A DNA stretch of 29,807 bases from an uncultured bacterium (GTDB lineage Bacteria > Armatimonadota > Hebobacteria > Hebobacterales > Hebobacteraceae), in the NCBI GenBank assembly GCA_964620055.1, contig CAZUGW010000004.1:1-29807 (forward strand), in the 5' to 3' direction. Shown in pieces: positions 16,249 through 26,820 of the stretch (the first letter of the stretch is position 1; each line of letters starts with the position of its first letter). The notes under the pieces were generated by a model. It was not told where the DNA came from. It made no database searches and worked only from the letters and a program-made list of their open reading frames with translations. The translations under genes and the position numbers were made by a program.

Positions 16249-17013
16249 CTACTCGCGCAACGCGACCCGCGCCGCGGCCTGCTCGGCCTGCTTCTTGCTC
16301 TTCCCGCTGCCCTTTCCAAGCGCCCGGCCCGAGAGCCGCACCTCGGCCACGAACGTGCGGTCGTGGTCCGGCCCGGATTCTCCCACCACATGATAGGAGG
16401 GCGGTTTTCGGTGCAGTTCCTGGATCTTCTCCTGGAGCAGGGTCTTGTAGTCCGGCTCGTGCTCGGACCGCTCGATGATCTGAAGATGGTCCAGCAGCAG
16501 GTCGAGGATCACCTTACGCGCCAGGGTGATCCCCCGGTCGAGGTAGATCGCCGCAATCACCGCCTCCAACGCGTCAGCCACGATGGAGGACCGGTTCCGG
16601 CCGCCGCTCTGCTCCTCCCCCTTCGCCAGGGTAAGGTAGGCGCCGAGATTGATCTCGCGCGCCACTTGGGCCAACACCGGCTCGGAGACGGCGACGGCCT
16701 TCACCTTGGTCAACTGACCCTCGGCGAGCTCGGGGTGGGAGCGGTGGAGATAGCCCGCCACAGTCAGCCCCAGCACCGCGTCGCCCAAGAACTCCAGTCG
16801 CTCGTTGGAGGGCAGGCCTAGCTCCTGCTGGGCCGACTTATGCCGCAAGGCCTGCCGCATCAGCTCCGGCCGGCGCAGCGTGATACCGAGGCGCTTCGCC
16901 AGCGCCTCCGCGTTTCCGGCCAGGCGAGGCGCGGCGGCGCGCGCGGGCGCCTTCTTCCCCTTCGCGCGTCCGCGCTTTGCCGCGGGCGGATCGTGTTTCG
17001 CGTCACTTGTCAC
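16249..17013 (-). CDS. rnc: Ribonuclease III
   Basis: [34 protein letters not shown], ds[11 protein letters not shown]...[14 protein letters not shown]. Start is uncertain (GTG 17013 overlapping the aspS end, or ATG 17034). Confidence 0.96.
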   Translation of the reverse strand: MTSDAKHDPPAAKRGRAKGKKAPARAAAPRLAGNAEALAKRLGITLRRPELMRQALRHKSAQQELGLPSNERLEFLGDAVLGLTVAGYLHRSHPELAEGQLTKVKAVAVSEPVLAQVAREINLGAYLTLAKGEEQSGGRNRSSIVADALEAVIAAIYLDRGITLARKVILDLLLDHLQIIERSEHEPDYKTLLQEKIQELHRKPPSYHVVGESGPDHDRTFVAEVRLSGRALGKGSGKSKKQAEQAAARVALRE

Positions 17014-18796
17014 TGGGCTCGTCCTCTTTCTCATCTGCCGGGAGTTTCACCGCGATGGACAGTTCCTCCAGTTGCTCCGGGGCGACCTCGGAGGGAGCGC
17101 CCATCATCAGGTCCAGGCCGGCCGCGTTCTTCGGGAAGGCGATCACCTCCCGAATGCTCTCCTCCCCGCAGGCCATCGCCACCATCCGATCGAAACCGAA
17201 GGCGATGCCGCCGTGCGGCGGCGCGCCGTATTGGAACGCCTCCAGCAGGAACCCGAACCGTCGCTCGGCCTCCTCGTGCGGCATGCGGATGATCTCCAGC
17301 ACTTTCTCCTGCACTTCCCGGCGATGAATCCGGATGCTCCCCGAGGCGATCTCCGCGCCGTTCAGCACCACGTCGTAGAGGCTGGCCCGCACCTTCAACG
17401 GATCGGTGTCGAGCAGCGGGAGGTCCTCCGGCAGGGGTGCGCTGAACGGATGGTGCATCGGCTGAATCTGCTGCTCGTCTTCGTTCCACGCGAACAGGGG
17501 GAAGTCCACGATCAACAGCCCGCGCCAGGCGGACTCGTCTATCAGTTCCAGCTTCTTTCCCAGGTGCAGGCGAATCCGGCCGAGGGCCTCGCACGCGGTC
17601 GGGAACTTGTCCGCGATCACGAGCAGCAAATCGCCCGGCTGCGCCGAGGTGACGCGGCGCAGTCCCGTCAATTCCTCGGCCGAGAGGAACTTGGCGATGG
17701 GGGACTTCATCTCCTCCTCGCCGACCTGGAACCAGGCCATCCCCTTGGCCTTCGCCTGGCGGGCGATGGACTCCATCTCATCCAACTCGCGACGCGTGAG
17801 GCTGGCCGCGCCGGGGACCCGCAGGCCGCGGATCATCCCACCCTCGGAAAGCGCGAGGGCGAAGCCGCGGAACTGGGTGCCAGCGAAGACGGAATCGAGC
17901 GCGACGAACTCCAGCCCGAAGCGCGTGTCCGGCTTGTCCGAGCCCCAGCGCTCCATCGCTTCCCGGTACGTGAGGCGGGGGAACGGGCCGGGGACGTCAA
18001 TCCCGATCCGCTGATAGACGTATCGGGTCAGTTCCTCGGCCAGGTCGAGCACGTCGCTCTGCTCGACAAAGGACATCTCGAGGTCTATCTGCGTGAACTC
18101 GGGCTGGCGGTCGGCGCGCAGGTCCTCGTCCCGGAGGCAGCGCGCCATCTGATAGTACCGCTCGATCCCGCTCACCATCAGCAACTGCTTGAGCAACTGC
18201 GGCGACTGCGGCAGCGCGTAGAAGTGGCCCGGCCGGGTGCGGGCCGGGACGACGTAGTCCCGCGCCCCCTCCGGGGTGGAGCGGATGAGCAGCGGCGTCT
18301 CTACCTCCATGAACCCGCGCCCCTCCAGGAACTCCCGCGTCGCCCGCGTCATCTCGTGGCGCAGCCGCAGGTTGCGCAGCATCCGCGCGGAGCGCAGGTC
18401 GAGATAGCGATAGCGCAGCCGCACCGACTCATCCACGCGGGCGCTATCTCCGACCTCGAAGGGCGGCGTCTTGGCCGGATTCAGCACCTCGACGCGGGAG
18501 ACGTGCACCTCCACCTCGCCGGTGGGAAGGTTCGGGTTCACCGCCTCCGCCGGCCGCGCCGCCACCTCGCCGGTCACCGCCACCACGAACTCCCCGCGCA
18601 GCCGCTTTGCCACGGTGTGGGCCTGAGGATCGGTGGCCGGGTTGAAAACGAGCTGGGCGAGGCCCTCCCGGTCACGCAAGTCCACAAACGTCAGCCCGCC
18701 GTGATCGCGGGTGGAAGCCACCCAGCCGGCGAGAGTGACGATCTTTCCTACATCGGCGGAGCGGAGGGCTCCGCAGGGATGGGTTCTCTTCATCAC
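17003..18796 (-). CDS. aspS: Aspartate--tRNA ligase, probably non-discriminating (Asp/Asn)
   Basis: [85 protein letters not shown]. His in RDHGG is the residue associated with bacterial ND-AspRS. Confidence 0.98.
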   Translation of the reverse strand: MMKRTHPCGALRSADVGKIVTLAGWVASTRDHGGLTFVDLRDREGLAQLVFNPATDPQAHTVAKRLRGEFVVAVTGEVAARPAEAVNPNLPTGEVEVHVSRVEVLNPAKTPPFEVGDSARVDESVRLRYRYLDLRSARMLRNLRLRHEMTRATREFLEGRGFMEVETPLLIRSTPEGARDYVVPARTRPGHFYALPQSPQLLKQLLMVSGIERYYQMARCLRDEDLRADRQPEFTQIDLEMSFVEQSDVLDLAEELTRYVYQRIGIDVPGPFPRLTYREAMERWGSDKPDTRFGLEFVALDSVFAGTQFRGFALALSEGGMIRGLRVPGAASLTRRELDEMESIARQAKAKGMAWFQVGEEEMKSPIAKFLSAEELTGLRRVTSAQPGDLLLVIADKFPTACEALGRIRLHLGKKLELIDESAWRGLLIVDFPLFAWNEDEQQIQPMHHPFSAPLPEDLPLLDTDPLKVRASLYDVVLNGAEIASGSIRIHRREVQEKVLEIIRMPHEEAERRFGFLLEAFQYGAPPHGGIAFGFDRMVAMACGEESIREVIAFPKNAAGLDLMMGAPSEVAPEQLEELSIAVKLPADEKEDEPSDK

Positions 18797-18848
18797 GATG
18801 GTGTCTCCTCGAGCTTGGATAGGTGATCTTAGGTAGCGACAGCTAACC

Positions 18849-20121
18849 TCAGGTGGTGGGAGCAGGGCCCAGAAGCGCCTGCACGCGGGCTGCGACCTCC
18901 GCCCGCGGCGCGCTCTGCTGCTCCCCGGTATTCATGTCGCGTAGGGTCACCTGTCCGCTCGAGAGTTCGTCCTCGCCCAGCAAGGCCGTATAACGCGCAC
19001 CCCAGCCGCGAGGCCTCTTTCATCTGGGCCTTCAGGCTGCGCGCGTGGTAATCCAGTTCCGTCGCGATTCCCGCCCGTCGCAGTTCCGTTGCCAGCAGCA
19101 GCGCCGGCCCCCGCGCCTCGGGCGAGGCGGCGGCGATGTACACGTCCGCCGCGGGCGGCGCGACTTGATCGCTCAAGACCAGCAGCAATCGCTCCAATCC
19201 CGATCCGAACCCGATCCCAGGAGTGGGCGGGCCGCCCAGTTGCTCCACCAGGCCGTCGTACCGCCCCCCGCCCATGATCACGTCCTTCGCCCCCAGCCCG
19301 GGATGAATTACCTCGAACGCGGTGCGGGTGTAGTAGTCCAGCCCGCGCACGATGGTCGGGTCCACTTCGTACAGAACGCCGAGCGCGTCCAGCGCGGACT
19401 TCACGCCGTCAAAGTGGGTGCGACACTCCTCGCACAAATGCTCCAGCGCGCTGGGCGCGCCCTGGCGCGCCTCCACATCCTGCGGGACCTTGCAGTCCAG
19501 GATGCGCAGCGGGTTGGTCTCATAGCGCGCCTGGCAGAAGTCGCACATCTCCGCGATCTTGGGCGCGAAGAACTCGCGCAAGGCCGCGAAGAGCGCGGGC
19601 CGGCAGGCCGGGCACCCGATGCTGCTGAGGTGCGTCACCCCGCCCTCCAGGCCGATCTCCGCGAGGAAGCTCTGGTTGAGCGCGATCACCTCCGCGTCTA
19701 TGTCCGGCCCCGGCGCGCCGATGGCCTCGATGCCTACCTGGTGATGCTGCCGATACCGCCCGGCCTGGGGACGCTCGTAGCGGAAGATGGGGGCGATGTA
19801 GAAGAGCTTTTGCGTCCCGCCCTGCGCGCCCAGATTGTGCTCGACGTACGCGCGCACCACCGGAGCGGTGCCCTCCGCGCGGAGGGTCAGACTTCTCCCC
19901 CCGCGGTCTTCGAAGGTGTACATCTGCTTGGAAACGACTTCCGTCCCTTCGCCGACGCCGCGCGCGAACAGCTCCGTCTCCTCGAAGAGAGGAGTGCGGA
20001 TCTCCGCGTACCCGTAGCGGCGGCAGACCTCGCGAAAGGCCGCCTCCACACGCTGCCAGCGCCAGGAGTCGCGCGGCAGAATATCTTGCGTCCCCCGTGG
20101 GGCTTTGAACCTGGGCGCCAT
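18849..20121 (-). CDS. hisS: Histidine--tRNA ligase, containing an apparent +1 frameshift at 19000-19003
   Basis: [81 protein letters not shown]. Removing one G from CTGGGGT restores ...[28 protein letters not shown]... ending at TGA 18851-18849 (span 1273 nt = 3n+1). Confidence 0.95.
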
Positions 20122-20269
20122 GATCCCACCTAACTGAAAGCCAAGCGTCCGCCTGGGGCGGACACTTCCACATGCTCTATTCCCCGCGGCCCGACGCTTC
20201 TCCTTCCCCGCGAAGCGAACCTCCCCAGGCCCATCGGAGCCTGCCGCCTCCGGCGGCCAGAACTGCACG

Positions 20270-20310
20270 CTACCACTTGACATACTATCAATTGAGTGGT
20301 AGATATTATA
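20270..20310. promoter_or_regulatory. Overlapping divergent promoter region with an inverted repeat
   Basis: TTGACA on plus (20277-20282); TATAAT on minus (20310-20305) pointing at hisS; inverted repeat CTACCACT-N17-AGTGGTAG (20270-20302). Confidence 0.55.
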
Positions 20311-20540
20311 GCGGCTGAGGTGCAGTCGCCTCGGCCGACGGTTCCTTCCTCTCGTTGAGTTGTCCTACCCTTGACGGTATTCGTCTCTGACGCGCGTGGC
20401 CATGGCCGCCGATGCGCAGGAGCCCCGGACGGATGGCCTCGGTCGTCCTCCCCACGCGCCCGCTCGGAAACCGGCCTCCCGCCTGACCCGCCATCCGGCT
20501 CCCACGGTTCGTGAGTCGGCGCCCGCGGGGAGCACCTAAG
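20311..20540 (+). ncRNA. Candidate structured ncRNA forming a long rod with a central bubble (6S RNA-like)
   Basis: Nested helices symmetric about ~20426: GGTGC/GCACC (20319-23/20532-36), GCCGAC/GTCGGC (20334-39/20515-20), CGGTATTCG/CGGAAACCG (20375-83/20465-73), GCGCGTGG/CCACGCGC (20392-99/20452-59), GCCGA/TCGGT. G-U pairs favour the plus strand. Confidence 0.45.
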
Positions 20541-20586
20541 CTATCCGTCCGGTCTACCCATTATGGCCTGGACAAGGAGGCAATCG

Positions 20587-21264
20587 GTGCACGAAACCGC
20601 GCTGGACAGTAGGTCGGTCGGGAAACGGAGGCGTTCGCCCGTCCGCGTCTCGCGGCAACTCGTCGTCTTGGCAGTCGCCGTGCTTGCCTCGGTCGCCTGC
20701 CTCGTCTTCGCTCTCCACCGGGCGCGGCCCTGGGTGGAGGCGGGGCTGAAAGAGGTGCGCCCCGACCCGGAGTTCGTGGAGGGGAAGATGCGCGGCGACC
20801 TCCGCCTCGGCGCGGTGGTCAGCCTGCGAGAACTGCGGGACGGGCGCGCCCGCCCCCTGGCCGTGGACACGCGCGCGCAGCATCTCGCCGTGCTCTTCGT
20901 GGCCGGCCCCAAGCTTGCCAAGTGCCCGACGTGCGGCGTGGCGGACTTCATCGAGAAGTTCGACGAACTGGCGCGAACCCACCCTCACCTGGCGATCTAC
21001 GTGATCTGGGCCGGACAGGCCGATCTGAAGGGCAGCGTGTTCGACTCTACGGCGTACAGCCACAACCTGCATTTCGGGGTGGATCCACAGCTCGCGCTGG
21101 CCAAGAGCTTCAACGCCTTCTTCTTCCCCCGGGGCTATCTGCTCTCCGGGAAGGGAGAGCTGCGATACACGGCTCCCTTCGGGGTCGAGGCCAAGGACGT
21201 AGTCGCGGCGATCCGCGCCCTTCTCCCGGAAGCGGCGCCGACACCTGGAAAGGAGCGCACCTGA
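20587..21264 (+). CDS. Membrane-anchored thioredoxin-fold (redoxin/TlpA-like) protein with CPTC, 225 aa
   Basis: Basic N-terminus plus TM, VLFVAG...KCPTC, HFGVDPQLALAKSFNAFFFPRGYLLSGKGELRY (cis-Pro region); AGGAGG before GTG 20587. Confidence 0.8.
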   Translation: MHETALDSRSVGKRRRSPVRVSRQLVVLAVAVLASVACLVFALHRARPWVEAGLKEVRPDPEFVEGKMRGDLRLGAVVSLRELRDGRARPLAVDTRAQHLAVLFVAGPKLAKCPTCGVADFIEKFDELARTHPHLAIYVIWAGQADLKGSVFDSTAYSHNLHFGVDPQLALAKSFNAFFFPRGYLLSGKGELRYTAPFGVEAKDVVAAIRALLPEAAPTPGKERT

Positions 21265-21908
21265 TGGAGCACCCGGAGAAGCCGTCCTCCCGATCTTCCT
21301 ACGTGGCGGCGGTGATGACCTTTGTGATGGGGGGCTTGCTCACCGCCTCGCTGCTGATCACGCTCTACGGCCCCACCTACAGACAGGTGGCGGAGTCGGG
21401 GGCCTACGCGGCCGAAGAGAAGAAGGTGTGGGGGCACCACCTGACGGAGGCGCCGGAGACCGCGGTGCAGTGCTCCGCCAACCTGCTAAAGCTGCATGCC
21501 GCCATCAAGGCTTACGAGAAAGAACACGGGTATCTGCCGGTCGCGACCAAGAAAGGAAACGGACTGTTGGGGCTGCTGCTAAGGCCCTACCTTGGCAGAG
21601 ATGCCAGTTGTCTCATCTGCCCCGCGGACCCCACGAAGGGGCTCCACTACGGCGACAAGGAACACCCCCAGAGCTACCTCTATGGATACTCGGAAGTGGT
21701 ATTCGAGAGAAACCACGGACGCAAACTCCCGCTGGCGCCTGACTCACCCCTGGTCTTGTGCCGTCACCACACCAAAGGCGTGCTCATCCTCCGCTACGAC
21801 GGGACCGTCGAGTTGGCGCCGGAGGGCAGGTACAGCGAGATCCGGGTGCGCTTTGCCGACGAGCCGAAGCAGGGCGCGACCCTGGGCTCACTATCACACA
21901 CGCCCTAA
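21264..21908 (+). CDS. Single-TM protein with a DUF1559-like / H-X9-DG domain, 214 aa
   Basis: TGATG overlap with the redoxin gene; QCSANLLKLHAAIKAYEKEHGYLP, LICPADP, QSYLY, HTKGVLILRYDGTV (H-x9-DG). Confidence 0.75.
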   Translation: MEHPEKPSSRSSYVAAVMTFVMGGLLTASLLITLYGPTYRQVAESGAYAAEEKKVWGHHLTEAPETAVQCSANLLKLHAAIKAYEKEHGYLPVATKKGNGLLGLLLRPYLGRDASCLICPADPTKGLHYGDKEHPQSYLYGYSEVVFERNHGRKLPLAPDSPLVLCRHHTKGVLILRYDGTVELAPEGRYSEIRVRFADEPKQGATLGSLSHTP

Positions 21909-21928
21909 GGGGCGAAAGGAGGCAGGAG

Positions 21929-22228
21929 ATGCTGAAGTTGAAGTTGCGGGAAGTGGCAGGAGCCGCGCTGGTGGCGATGGCCGCGCTCGGCGTAGGCCAG
22001 CAGGTGGGCGCCTACACCATCTGTGAGGACAACATCATGGGCGGCAACTGCAACTACGTGGGCTCGTTCAGCAAGACGTGCTGCGTGGACGACGGCACGG
22101 GCTACAAGTACTTGACCTCCCTCACGGACAAGTACCAGAGGGGCACGGCGGTGTACTGGTCCGGGTACGACTTTAGCGGTACCTGGGGCGGGTCGTGCCT
22201 CCCGTCCACGCCGCGCACTTGCTGCTAG
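21929..22228 (+). CDS. Small secreted cysteine-rich peptide, 99 aa (28-aa signal + 71-aa mature part, 7 Cys)
   Basis: AAAGGAGG and GGAG before ATG 21929; signal MLKLKLREVAGAALVAMAALGVGQQVGA; mature YTIC-x8-C-x9-CC-x37-C-x7-CC; strong hairpin right after the stop. Confidence 0.8.
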   Translation: MLKLKLREVAGAALVAMAALGVGQQVGAYTICEDNIMGGNCNYVGSFSKTCCVDDGTGYKYLTSLTDKYQRGTAVYWSGYDFSGTWGGSCLPSTPRTCC

Positions 22229-22246
22229 TCCTCTCGTGAGGTGCGT

Positions 22247-22274
22247 CAGCGGCGAGCCGCCCGGCTCGCCGCTG
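22247..22274 (+). terminator. Hairpin ending the redoxin-peptide operon
   Basis: 12-bp perfect stem cagcggcgagcc/ggctcgccgctg with no clear U-tract. Confidence 0.55.
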
Positions 22275-22411
22275 GCGATCTTGCCTCGGTCGTCTCCCCC
22301 TCCCTTCCCCTGGCTCCGTTCGATGGCGGCAAGCCTCTTGCCTAATCCCTCCGGTTGTCCTAGAATCAGCCGGCGTGGGTTTCCGCGTCGCCGACAAAGG
22401 AGGCGGCCGCG

Positions 22412-23086
22412 ATGCCAGTTGATTGGTCATTGGTTGCGTACTGGGTGTGTTTCTCCATCGGCGCCGCCTATGCCACGGTCACCGCGTTCTTGGGCGGGTT
22501 CTTCGGCATGGCTCACCATATCGGGGACTTCGGGGCCGGGCACGTGGACATGGGCCACGAATACGGCGCGGGGGGCCACGACGCCTCGGGGCATGGGGAG
22601 GCTTTCGGAGGTCCGAGCGAAACCGAGCCGGTGATCTCCCCGCTCTCGCCGGCGACCATCTCCGTGTTCCTGACGGTCTTTGGCGGCGTGGGGATCATCA
22701 CCACCACGCTCTTCCGCATGAAGCTGCTGCTGACCCTTCCGATCTCGCTCGCCTCGGGATTCGCGGTGGCCGGCCTGGTGCTCGTGCTCTTCTATCATCT
22801 GTTCACCAAGGTGCAGGCCTCCAGCGAGACGCGGGTGGCGGAGGTGGTGGGGTTGAGCGGAGAGGTGACGGTGCCCATCCCGGCGGGCGGGATGGGCGAG
22901 GTGGCCTATGTCTGCCGTGGCGCGCGCATGGTAGCCTCAGCGCGGACGGCGGAGGGGGAGGGTCTGCCGCGGCATGCGGTGGTGCGGATCGCGCGGTACG
23001 TGGGCGGCACGCTGTACGTGGAGCCGCGGTCGGCGGCGGAAGGCGGACCTACCCCTCCGGAGGAAAGCGGACCGCTGAAGGACTGA
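22412..23086 (+). CDS. NfeD-like (YuaF-type) membrane protein with a C-terminal OB fold
   Basis: Several TMs, a His/Gly-rich loop, ISPATISVFLTVFGGVG, GEVTVPIPAGGMGEV...SARTAEGEGLPRHAVVRI; directly upstream of flotillin. Confidence 0.85.
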   Translation: MPVDWSLVAYWVCFSIGAAYATVTAFLGGFFGMAHHIGDFGAGHVDMGHEYGAGGHDASGHGEAFGGPSETEPVISPLSPATISVFLTVFGGVGIITTTLFRMKLLLTLPISLASGFAVAGLVLVLFYHLFTKVQASSETRVAEVVGLSGEVTVPIPAGGMGEVAYVCRGARMVASARTAEGEGLPRHAVVRIARYVGGTLYVEPRSAAEGGPTPPEESGPLKD

Positions 23087-23185
23087 GGCGGCGCGCCTCG
23101 GGGGGCGAGGTGGGGGTCGCGACAAGACTAGGACGACGATGTCCCGAGGCCGCGTCTCGGGACACGAGAGCGAATGGAGGAGAGT

Positions 23186-24694
23186 ATGCCGATTCTGCAA
23201 AACCCAGGCATGTTGGCGCCGTGGATCCTCGGGGTCACGGTCGCCGTCGTGATCATCTTCATCGTTACCTATGCCAGCCGGTACGTGAAGGCCGGCCCGA
23301 ACGAGGTGCTGGTGATCTCCGGCCGTCGCCGGGCAATTGTCTCGGAGGACGGAAGGCACCAGTCGGTAGGCTTCCGCATCCGCGTGGGCGGCGGCGCGTT
23401 CGTGTGGCCTATCTTCGAGCGCGTGGATCTCTTGTCGCTCGAGCTGATGACCCTGGAGGTGAAGACGCCGGAGGTCTACACCGAGGCCGGCGTGCCCATC
23501 ATCGTGGATGGGGTAGCGCAGACCAAGGTACAGAGCACCGACCTGGCGATTCGGAACGCGGCGGAGCGCTTTCTGGGAATGAGCCGGCAGGAGGTGGCGA
23601 ACATCGCCCTCCAGACCCTGGAAGGGCACCTGCGGGCGATCGTCGGCACGATGACGGTGGAGCAGGTCTATAAGAACCGGGACATGTTCGCGCAGAGAGT
23701 GCAGGAGGTCTCAGCCAGCGACCTCGCCAACATGGGTCTGGTGATTGACTCCTTCACGATCCGCGACATTCGGGATTCGCACGGCTACCTGGACGCCCTG
23801 GGTAAGCCGAGCATCGCCCAGGTGAAGCGGGATGCCACCATCGGGGAGGCGGAGGCGATGCGAGACTCCAACATCCGCTCCGCCGCCGCGAAGCAGGCCG
23901 GAGAGATCGCGCGGATCGCGGCCGAAACGAAAATCGCCGAGGCGAACCGGGACTACGAGATGCGACTGGCGGAGTACAAGGCCTCGGTCCAGGAGAAGCA
24001 GGCCGGGGCCGACCTGGCCTATGACCTGCAGAAGTTCAAGACCCAGCAGGCGGTGCGCGCCGAGGAAGTCCAGGTCCAGGTAATCGAGAAAGAGAAGCAG
24101 ATCGAGGTCCAGGAGAAGGAGATCCTGCGCCGGGAGAAAGAGCTGGTCGCGACGATCGAGAAGCCGGCTTCGGCCGAGCGCCAGCGGATCCAGACCCTGG
24201 CCGAGGCCGAGCAGTACCGCCTCAGCACCACCGCCTCCGGCCAGGCCGAGGCCACCCGCGCCATCGGTACAGCGGAGGCCGACGCCAACCGCGCCCGCGG
24301 TCTCGCGCAGGCGGACGTGATCAAGGCCCAGGGTTTCTCCGAGGCCGAGGCCATGGCAAAGAAGGCCGACGCCTGGCGTCAGTACAACGAGGCGGCGATC
24401 ACGCAGATGTTCGTGGACAAGCTGCCCGAGATCGCCTCTGCGGTGTCGGCGCCGCTGGCCAAGATGGAGAAGATAGTGGTGATCTCCGCCGGCGGTGACG
24501 GGCACACCGGGGCGGGAGCGAGCAAGGTGACCCGCGACGTGGCGGACATCATCGCCCAAATCCCCGCGGTGATCGAGGCCCTCACCGGCGTGAAGCTCCA
24601 GGAGATCGTCCAGCGCCTGCCGGGGGTGGCGTCGGCCGCGGCCCAGTCGCCGCAAGCGCCGCAAGCTGACGTTGCCAAGGGCACGGAGGCGTAA
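23186..24694 (+). CDS. Flotillin family SPFH protein (FloT/YuaG-like)
   Basis: YVKAGPNEVLVISG, GGGAFVWPIFE, TLEGHLRAIVGTMTVEQVY, DSHGYLDALG, EA/AE-rich coiled coil, KLPEIASAVSAPL; GGAGG before ATG 23186. Confidence 0.95.
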   Translation: MPILQNPGMLAPWILGVTVAVVIIFIVTYASRYVKAGPNEVLVISGRRRAIVSEDGRHQSVGFRIRVGGGAFVWPIFERVDLLSLELMTLEVKTPEVYTEAGVPIIVDGVAQTKVQSTDLAIRNAAERFLGMSRQEVANIALQTLEGHLRAIVGTMTVEQVYKNRDMFAQRVQEVSASDLANMGLVIDSFTIRDIRDSHGYLDALGKPSIAQVKRDATIGEAEAMRDSNIRSAAAKQAGEIARIAAETKIAEANRDYEMRLAEYKASVQEKQAGADLAYDLQKFKTQQAVRAEEVQVQVIEKEKQIEVQEKEILRREKELVATIEKPASAERQRIQTLAEAEQYRLSTTASGQAEATRAIGTAEADANRARGLAQADVIKAQGFSEAEAMAKKADAWRQYNEAAITQMFVDKLPEIASAVSAPLAKMEKIVVISAGGDGHTGAGASKVTRDVADIIAQIPAVIEALTGVKLQEIVQRLPGVASAAAQSPQAPQADVAKGTEA

Positions 24695-24721
24695 GCACCG
24701 CGCGATGGCGCGCGAAGGTCT

Positions 24722-24752
24722 GCGGGCAGGGCGCGACGTGCGCCCTGCCCGC
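24722..24752 (+). terminator. Hairpin after the flotillin gene
   Basis: 13-bp stem gcgggcagggcgc/gcgccctgcccgc. Confidence 0.55.
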
Positions 24753-25080
24753 TCCGCGTTCGACCGAGGCGGAAGCTCTTTTCGACAGAGCGCGTGCGAA
24801 GAGCGCGACACGGTTCTGCACGACCTGAAGACGCTTTCTTTCCTCCTCAGCAGACCGTATCACCTAGCTTCGACTATCGCTGTCCCTACTCGATGTAGTG
24901 TGCTTGGCCGTAGGGACGGCAGGCTTGTCTGACTTCTGGACAGGGGGGGGCGCGAGGAGTGCTGTACAATGCGTGGCGGTGGGGAGAACAGCGTCGTATC
25001 GTTCATGGGGTCAGGGGGTCTTTGCTCGGCGTCATTCGGTAGCCACCTCCTCTCTTCCCGCGGACATGTAAGGAGCGGGT

Positions 25081-26814
<1,734 letters not shown>

Positions 26815-26820
26815 ACTCGG

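Noticed and set aside
16805-18826. 673-aa plus-strand ORF antisense to aspS
   Set aside because: Shadow ORF expected from high-GC codon bias; no motifs, and aspS on the other strand is unambiguous
18829-20283. 484-aa hisS as given in the ORF track
   Set aside because: The first 54 codons lie upstream of the true RBS/ATG (20121), and the last ~55 residues are out of frame because of the extra G
20120-20560. T-box riboswitch, SRP RNA, tmRNA, RNase P RNA or group II intron domain V upstream of hisS
   Set aside because: No GGTGGNACCGCG T-box. GTCAGG...AGCGG lacks the SRP GNRA helix geometry. No tmRNA ends and no GAGGAAAGTCC. GAGCCGGATG on the minus strand does not complete a domain V/VI.
24672-24932. 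86-aa ORF after flotillin
   Set aside because: It overlaps the flotillin stop and a terminator-like hairpin, has no RBS, and contains a REP-like inverted repeat (24879-24920)
24960-25080. c-di-GMP riboswitch upstream of pilB, or between pilC and the pilin
   Set aside because: No GGCAAA/GAAA tetraloop-receptor pattern is visible in either leader
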